DNA from: Minisyncoccota bacterium
GTDB taxonomy: Bacteria > Patescibacteriota > Minisyncoccia > JAHIHE01 > JAGLIN01
DNA length: 38,370 nucleotides
Assembly (NCBI GenBank): GCA_023270095.1
Contig: JAGLSJ010000001.1
Location: 1-38,370 of the forward strand
Direction: 5' to 3'
Part shown: positions 33,367 to 38,370 of the stretch, piece after piece
Numbering within the stretch: position 1 is the stretch's first letter
Layout of the letters: each line of letters begins with the position of its first letter
Position numbers and translations under genes: made by a program
Notes under the pieces: model-generated
Seen by the model: the letters and a program-made list of their open reading frames with translations, nothing else
Database searches by the model: none
What the model was told of the DNA's origin: nothing

Positions 33367-33487
33367 GTCATCCTGAGTGAGCGATAGCGAGTCGAAGAAT
33401 CTTCGTGAGAAGACTAACATTGTGTTGATTTACAATTTTATGCAAAGTAGTTGCGGGATTTTTCATCGTAAGCTTCTCAGAATGACG
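33367..33487 (+). repeat. Dispersed imperfect-hairpin repeat, copy C (121 bp)
   Basis: TGTCATCCTGAGTGAGCGATAGCGAGTCGAAGAATCTT ... GTTGCGGGATTTTTCATCGTAAGCTTCTCAGAATGACGG. Confidence 0.8.
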
Positions 33488-33573
33488 GTTTAATTTTTAA
33501 GTTTTGTAATTCAAGAGTATTTGCTTTTGATGTAAAAATATGCTAAATTAAACATATAAATGAGAATAAAATT

Positions 33574-34476
33574 ATGTCTTTTGAAAAAAATATTCTAGGG
33601 AACAAAAAAATAATTGATATGCTTCAAAAGAGCTATAATGCGGGGAAATTATCTCATGCTTACTTATTTGAAGGACCTGATCACATCGGAAAAAAGACAT
33701 TTGCTTTAGAATTTTGCAAACTTGTCCTGGGAGATAGTATTAATGATATTGAAAAAAATCCAGATTTAATAATTTTGCGTCCAGATGCAGACAAAAAGCA
33801 AATAATTATTGAACAGATTCGAGAACTTGAGAAAAAATTAAGTCTCTATCCATATTCTTCAAAACATAAATTGGCTATAATCGAGAAGGCTGATATGATG
33901 ACGAAAGCGGCGGCAAATGCAATCTTAAAGACTTTAGAAGAGCCAAACAAAACTACAATACTAATTTTATTGACATCAAATTCTGGTAATTTACTTGATA
34001 CTATTAAATCTCGTTGTCAGATTATGAAATTTTTGCCAGTTGAAAAAAGAATTCTTGAAGATTTTTTAAGCATTACAATTAAAGATAAACTGCAAAGAGA
34101 TAAAATTATGGAGATGTCTGGATGTAAGCCTGGGAAAATTGTTGAATTAGTAAGAGATAGTGATAAAGTTAAAGAAATTTCAATCGCTATTAATATTTTT
34201 TCTGATATTTTGCATAAAAATAATTCCGAGAAATTGGATTATGTGGAAACTATTGCCAAAAAAGAACCGAATGAGATTGTCGGTTTGTTAAATCATTATT
34301 CTTTTTATTTTAGAAAAAAAATGCTCGAAGAGATTCAAGGTAAGGGCGAAGTTGATAAAAACAAAGTTTTGAAAATAAAGGATAATATCGACCTACTAAA
34401 TAGTGTTAAAGGAAATATTTTAACTAAAAATATAAATATCAAATTGGCTTTAGAAAATTTATTTTTACAAATTTAA
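33574..34476 (+). CDS. holB: DNA polymerase III delta-prime subunit
   Basis: HAYLFEGPDHIGKKTFA ... AANAILKTLEEP ... SRCQ. Confidence 0.85.
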   Translation: MSFEKNILGNKKIIDMLQKSYNAGKLSHAYLFEGPDHIGKKTFALEFCKLVLGDSINDIEKNPDLIILRPDADKKQIIIEQIRELEKKLSLYPYSSKHKLAIIEKADMMTKAAANAILKTLEEPNKTTILILLTSNSGNLLDTIKSRCQIMKFLPVEKRILEDFLSITIKDKLQRDKIMEMSGCKPGKIVELVRDSDKVKEISIAINIFSDILHKNNSEKLDYVETIAKKEPNEIVGLLNHYSFYFRKKMLEEIQGKGEVDKNKVLKIKDNIDLLNSVKGNILTKNINIKLALENLFLQI

Positions 34477-34497
34477 TTGATATTAATCTCAAATATT

Positions 34498-35643
34498 ATG
34501 AAAGAAAAGTATGGTAAGATTATTTTGTTTTTTTTAGTTGTTTTTATGGCGACATCATTCACAGGTTGCCTTGGTTTAACTGGTGAAAAGGAGGCAGTTG
34601 TAGAAGATATAGTAGATGAGAAAAATTATAATCAGGGAGTTTTCAAATCTATTGATGGTGGGAAAACTTGGGAACACAAAGTGAATCTTGCTGATACCGA
34701 AGGAGAATTAATAGATAAAGTCAAAATATCAAGTATGGAGATGGACCCTGAAAATAATCAGATTCTTTATCTTGGAACTCAGGCAAATGGTTTATATAAG
34801 TCTATTGATAGTGCTGATTCTTGGAAAAAGGTTATTGATGAAAATAAGATATTGAGTGTTCAGGCTAGTATATATAAAATTGTTATAGAAAAAGGAAATT
34901 CAGATATGGTTTATTTAGCAACTTTAAATAGCGGAAGTGGTGAATTTCTCAAGTCAGAGGATGGTGGAGTGAGTTGGAGTAGGAAACATATTATGAGTAA
35001 ATCCGGAGAATATGTTAGCACGATTACGATTGATCCAATTCACAAAAATGTCGTTTATCTTGGAACGAGCCAGGGAGGATTATTGAAAAGTGAAGATCGT
35101 GGGGAATCTTGGTTTTCAATGAATTGGTTTAGTGCCAGTGTAGAAGATATCTTGGTTGACTTTCAAAATAATGCGGGAATTATAGTGAGAACAAAAACTG
35201 AAATGCAAAAATCAATAGATGGCGGTAGATCTTGGGAGCTTCTAAATAAGAAAATAAAAACTTCATTGAAGATCAAAATTAATCATAGTCTTATTAGTTC
35301 TGCAAAAATGAGCGATATTGATTCTCTAATGATATATTTAACATATAATCATTTGATTTTTATTACAAAAGACGGAGGAGACGTTTGGGAAAAACTTAAT
35401 ACAATTACTCCTCAGCTTACTGTAATTAAACAAGCTCCGAAAGTAAAAAGAATGGGTATGAAAAAAGAAATTTTATATTATGGCGCTGGAAATGCAATTT
35501 ATAAAAGTTTAAATAGAGGTGAAACTTGGTCAAGCTATGCAATACCAATTATTGGGGATGTTCGCTACACCTTGAGTGATTATACTAATTCTGATATAAT
35601 TTACGTTGGTTCGTTTTACGATCCTCCAAAAAAGAAAAGATAA
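34498..35643 (+). CDS. Lipoprotein with about seven BNR/Asp-box repeats (beta-propeller, Ycf48/sortilin-like)
   Basis: Lipobox FTGC after a signal helix. Repeated SxDxGxTW-type motifs: SIDGGKTW, SIDSADSW, SEDGGVSW, SEDRGESW, SIDGGRSW, TKDGGDVW, SLNRGETW. The ATG at 34498 is preferred over the TTG at 34477. Confidence 0.8.
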   Translation: MKEKYGKIILFFLVVFMATSFTGCLGLTGEKEAVVEDIVDEKNYNQGVFKSIDGGKTWEHKVNLADTEGELIDKVKISSMEMDPENNQILYLGTQANGLYKSIDSADSWKKVIDENKILSVQASIYKIVIEKGNSDMVYLATLNSGSGEFLKSEDGGVSWSRKHIMSKSGEYVSTITIDPIHKNVVYLGTSQGGLLKSEDRGESWFSMNWFSASVEDILVDFQNNAGIIVRTKTEMQKSIDGGRSWELLNKKIKTSLKIKINHSLISSAKMSDIDSLMIYLTYNHLIFITKDGGDVWEKLNTITPQLTVIKQAPKVKRMGMKKEILYYGAGNAIYKSLNRGETWSSYAIPIIGDVRYTLSDYTNSDIIYVGSFYDPPKKKR

Positions 35644-35688
35644 ATAAAATTGTCAATTAGCATAAAATTTATAATAAATGAAAATAAT

Positions 35689-36243
35689 ATGGAAAATATA
35701 ATAAATACATTGAAAGAAAAAATTGAAAAGAGTCAAAGCTTTTTCAGGAGCGAGATCGAATCGTTAAGTGTTGGAAAGGCAACTTCTTCTCTTGTTGACG
35801 ATTTATTGGTAGATTATTTTGGAACACCAACTCCTATTAATCAGGTGGCAACTATTAATATCCCAGATGCAAGAAATATTTTGATTCAGCCTTGGGATAA
35901 AAAACAGTTGAAAGAAATTGAAAAGGCGATTAATCTTTCCCAGCTTGGATTTAATCCGGTGAATAACGGTGAAACAATCAGAATTACAGTGCCACAACCT
36001 ACGGAAGAAAGGAGAAAAGAGATTGTAAAGCACTTGCATGAACTTTTAGAAGAGGCAAAGGTCGCAATCAGAGGTGCACGGGAAGATGCAATGAAAGAAG
36101 TTAAAAATCTTGAAAAAGATGGTGAGATAGGAGAAGACGAAAGATTTACTAGACAGGATGAAATTCAGAAAATTGTAAATAGTGGTAATGAAAAACTTGA
36201 AGAAGATTCAAAAAGAAAAGAAAAGGAAATAATGACGATTTAA
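35689..36243 (+). CDS. frr: Ribosome recycling factor
   Basis: LLVDYFGTPTPINQVATINIPDARNILIQPWDK ... NPVNNGETIRI.VP.PTEERRKE. Start placed at MENIINT rather than the upstream TTG at 35650. Confidence 0.93.
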   Translation: MENIINTLKEKIEKSQSFFRSEIESLSVGKATSSLVDDLLVDYFGTPTPINQVATINIPDARNILIQPWDKKQLKEIEKAINLSQLGFNPVNNGETIRITVPQPTEERRKEIVKHLHELLEEAKVAIRGAREDAMKEVKNLEKDGEIGEDERFTRQDEIQKIVNSGNEKLEEDSKRKEKEIMTI

Positions 36244-36275
36244 TATTAACTACTAACTGTTTAATAATAATTTTT

Positions 36276-37388
36276 ATGATAATAACTACAATAATTTTAT
36301 TCCTTCTCATTTTAGGTGTAATTGTTTTTGTTCACGAGTTGGGTCATTTTTTAGTTGCCAAATATCACGGCGTTAAGATTGAGGAATTTGGAATTGGATT
36401 TCCGCCGAAAATTTTTGGTATAAAAAAAGGAGAAACTGAATATACTTTGAACTGGATTCCTCTTGGGGGTTTTGTAAAAATTGTCGGTGAAGATGGAGAG
36501 GACAAAGAAGACCCAAGAAGTTTTGCATCTAAGAGTATTGGAAAAAGATTTCAGATAATTTCTGCGGGAGTAATTATGAATATTGTTCTTGCTCTCGTAC
36601 TTTTTAGTGTGATTTTTTCCGTAGGAGCTCCGATGGATATTGAAGGGGTAGACCTATCTAGAGCAAAAAGTGTGCAAGATCGGCAAATCAAGATTGCTGG
36701 AATTGTTGAAGGTTCTCCTGCATCTGAAGCTGAACTTCAAGTTGGAGATTCAATTTTGACCGCAGGTGGAATCCAAATCAATAGCAATGATGATTTGTAT
36801 GGATTTACAAAAAGTAATATCGGACAGACAGCCACTTTTACATTTCAAAGAGGAGATGAAATTTTGTCGAAAGAAATTACTCTGAGACAAGAATTTTCAG
36901 AAAAAGATGGGTCTTTGGGGATTGCTCCTTCTGAAACCGCAGTGGTTGCATTTCCTATATTTGATGCGATTATGAAAAGTTTTGGCTGGGTTTATTATTT
37001 GATAACTTATATACTTTTTGCTTTTGCTGGGATAATTTGGAGTTTACTTTCAGTCGGAAAGGCTGGTGTTGAAGTTTCTGGTCCTGTTGGAATTGCCGTG
37101 ATGACACAGCAAGCTGCTAGTTTAGGTCTTATGGTTGTTTTGAATTTTATGGCGATTATTAGTATAAATTTGGCGATTATTAATGCACTTCCTTTTCCAG
37201 CTCTTGATGGTGGAAGGTTATTATTTTTGATTGTAGAGAAAATTAAAGGCTCGCCAATTAATCAGGTTTGGGAAGCAAAAGCAAATAATTTTGGATTTTT
37301 GTTATTAATGGGTTTGATGGTCGTTGTCACATTTCAGGATTTATTGAAGTTTGATGTATGGGGTAGAGTAGTGGGATTGTTTGGATAG
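36276..37388 (+). CDS. rseP: RIP metalloprotease RseP (M50 with PDZ domain)
   Basis: HELGHF in TM1, a PDZ-like GSPASEAELQVGD, and NALPFPALDGGRLL. Confidence 0.9.
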   Translation: MIITTIILFLLILGVIVFVHELGHFLVAKYHGVKIEEFGIGFPPKIFGIKKGETEYTLNWIPLGGFVKIVGEDGEDKEDPRSFASKSIGKRFQIISAGVIMNIVLALVLFSVIFSVGAPMDIEGVDLSRAKSVQDRQIKIAGIVEGSPASEAELQVGDSILTAGGIQINSNDDLYGFTKSNIGQTATFTFQRGDEILSKEITLRQEFSEKDGSLGIAPSETAVVAFPIFDAIMKSFGWVYYLITYILFAFAGIIWSLLSVGKAGVEVSGPVGIAVMTQQAASLGLMVVLNFMAIISINLAIINALPFPALDGGRLLFLIVEKIKGSPINQVWEAKANNFGFLLLMGLMVVVTFQDLLKFDVWGRVVGLFG

Positions 37389-37411
37389 TGTTCTCTTCTT
37401 TTTTTAGAATT

Positions 37412-37436
37412 AGTTATTCTGAGAAGTTTACGATAA
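37412..37436 (-). repeat. Solo half-copy (right-arm type) of the dispersed hairpin repeat, copy F
   Basis: Its reverse complement TATCGTAAACTTCTCAGAATAAC matches 20/23 with the copy C right arm CATCGTAAGCTTCTCAGAATGAC. Confidence 0.55.
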
Positions 37437-37482
37437 TGTAAATAAAAAGAAAAATTTTAAATTACTTGAATAAAAAAATAAT

Positions 37483-37509
37483 CCAGCTCTTCAAAAATTG
37501 AAAAGCTGG
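37483..37509 (-). terminator. Hairpin terminator of the minus-strand 91-aa gene
   Basis: CCAGCTcTTCAA-aaa-TTGAAaAGCTGG. An A-rich run lies on the + side, giving a U-rich tail on the minus strand. Confidence 0.6.
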
Positions 37510-37521
37510 TTGATAGTTATA

Positions 37522-37797
37522 TTAATTCTTTAATTTAACTATCACTTTCACTTTGAGGGTAGTTTTATCATACCCTACGGTTACTCTTCCATTGTTTACT
37601 TCGCCAGGAAACATTGTTTGCATTATTTCTCTAGCAATATCTCCTGTTTCCGACTCCATAGAGAGTCGGAAAATTGTTTCAACTTGTATCAGATTACAGA
37701 GATCCTCATTTCCTTCCGCAGCTGTTTTTTCAAGTTGTCTGTTAATACCTGCAAGTAAAAAACCTGCAACTTTCTGTAATTCATCTATTGATGTCAT
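37522..37797 (-). CDS. Hypothetical 91-aa protein
   Basis: Strong SD on the minus strand (GGAGGGGA, 6-9 nt before the ATG) and its own terminator. No family confidently recognised. Confidence 0.65.
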   Translation of the reverse strand: MTSIDELQKVAGFLLAGINRQLEKTAAEGNEDLCNLIQVETIFRLSMESETGDIAREIMQTMFPGEVNNGRVTVGYDKTTLKVKVIVKLKN

Positions 37798-37910
37798 TCT
37801 TCATCCCCTCCAGGATTGTCATAAAAATATTTTGCTTAGTTTCCTCTCAAATTAAGAGACCATTACTAAGACTAGTAACTATAGCACATAACTAATAATC
37901 TGTCAATACC

Positions 37911-38370
37911 ATGAAACAATCAGAACTTTTCGGGAAAACTACAAAAGAAATTCCAAAAGATGAAACAAGCAAGAATGCTCAATATCTAATCAGGGGCGGT
38001 TTTGTTGACAAGTCGATGGCTGGGGTTTATACATATCTACCTCTTGGAAAAAGAGTTCTGACAAAAATTGAAAACATTATCAGAGAAGAAATTGATGTAA
38101 TTGGAGGGCAAGAAATCTTGATGCCAGCACTTCAGAAAAAGGAAGATTGGCAAACAACTGGAAGATGGGATATTGATGTGATGATGAAAGTGAAAACTTT
38201 TTTCGACAAGGAATATGGACTTGGATGGACACACGAAGAAGTCGTCACACCGCTGGCAAAAAAATATGCGAGATCATATAAAGATTTTCCATTTTCGCTC
38301 TATCAAATTCAAACAAAATTTCGAAGTGAAAAAAGAGCAAAATCAGGAATTCTTCGAGGTCGAGAATTTT
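37911..38370 (+). CDS. proS: Prolyl-tRNA synthetase, 5' part (runs off the window)
   Basis: MKQSELFGKTTKEIPKDETSKNAQYLIRGGF ... GVYTYLPLG.RV..KIE.IIREE ... GWTHEEVVTPL ... YQIQTKFRSEKRAKSGILRGREF. No stop before the window end. Confidence 0.88.
   Translation, partial: MKQSELFGKTTKEIPKDETSKNAQYLIRGGFVDKSMAGVYTYLPLGKRVLTKIENIIREEIDVIGGQEILMPALQKKEDWQTTGRWDIDVMMKVKTFFDKEYGLGWTHEEVVTPLAKKYARSYKDFPFSLYQIQTKFRSEKRAKSGILRGREF

Noticed and set aside
37553-37855. 100-aa + strand ORF overlapping the 91-aa minus-strand ORF
   Set aside because: It has no SD or promoter and its composition is hydrophobic and Ser-rich. The minus-strand partner has a strong SD and a terminator.

Overview
This is a strongly AT-rich bacterial window, mostly on the + strand, and dominated by housekeeping genes. 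TGA is used as a stop (8057-8059 and 10345-10347), so the standard code applies. The style fits a small-genome, CPR/Patescibacteria-like organism, though that assignment is only an inference from gene content.

Gene order:
- a 5'-truncated giant LamG-repeat surface protein (1-3545)
- a repeat-rich intergenic island around a small membrane protein (3566-4553)
- an M50 protease
- rpsL-rpsG
- a translationally coupled UbiA prenyltransferase / orphan histidine kinase / polyprenyl synthase block
- a partial dcw cluster (mraZ-rsmH-ftsL-ftsI-murF), ending at tRNA-Glu(CUC)
- a roughly 2 kb poorly coding stretch with cysteine-rich small and micro ORFs on either side of a pseudouridine synthase
- a minus-strand prephenate dehydratase
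- a wHTH-like protein
- an FtsA-like ATPase plus a 577-aa bitopic protein
- infA-rpmJ-rpsM-rpsK-rpsD-rpoA-rplQ-rplM-rpsI
- a minus-strand PEGA-like membrane protein
- mreB, then two GT4 glycosyltransferases
- holB, a BNR/Asp-box lipoprotein, frr and rseP
- a minus-strand 91-aa orphan, then the 5' part of proS

I see no CRISPR array, transposase, reverse transcriptase or recognisable defence or toxin module.

The unexplained signals worth following up are:
1. A 110-132 bp element with terminal inverted repeats, present three times within 1 kb.
2. A second, dispersed family of about 90-155 bp imperfect hairpins (TGTCAT...ATGACA ends), found in six intergenic regions.
3. A cluster of Cys-rich micro-ORFs (MKTFSNQICCCSVL, a 42-aa Cys/His peptide, and MCDCCTCC behind a strong SD).
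4. A 1.57 kb super-repeat with mosaic codon composition inside the LamG gene.
5. A heptanucleotide tandem repeat inside a glycosyltransferase gene.

All functional interpretations of these five are hypotheses.
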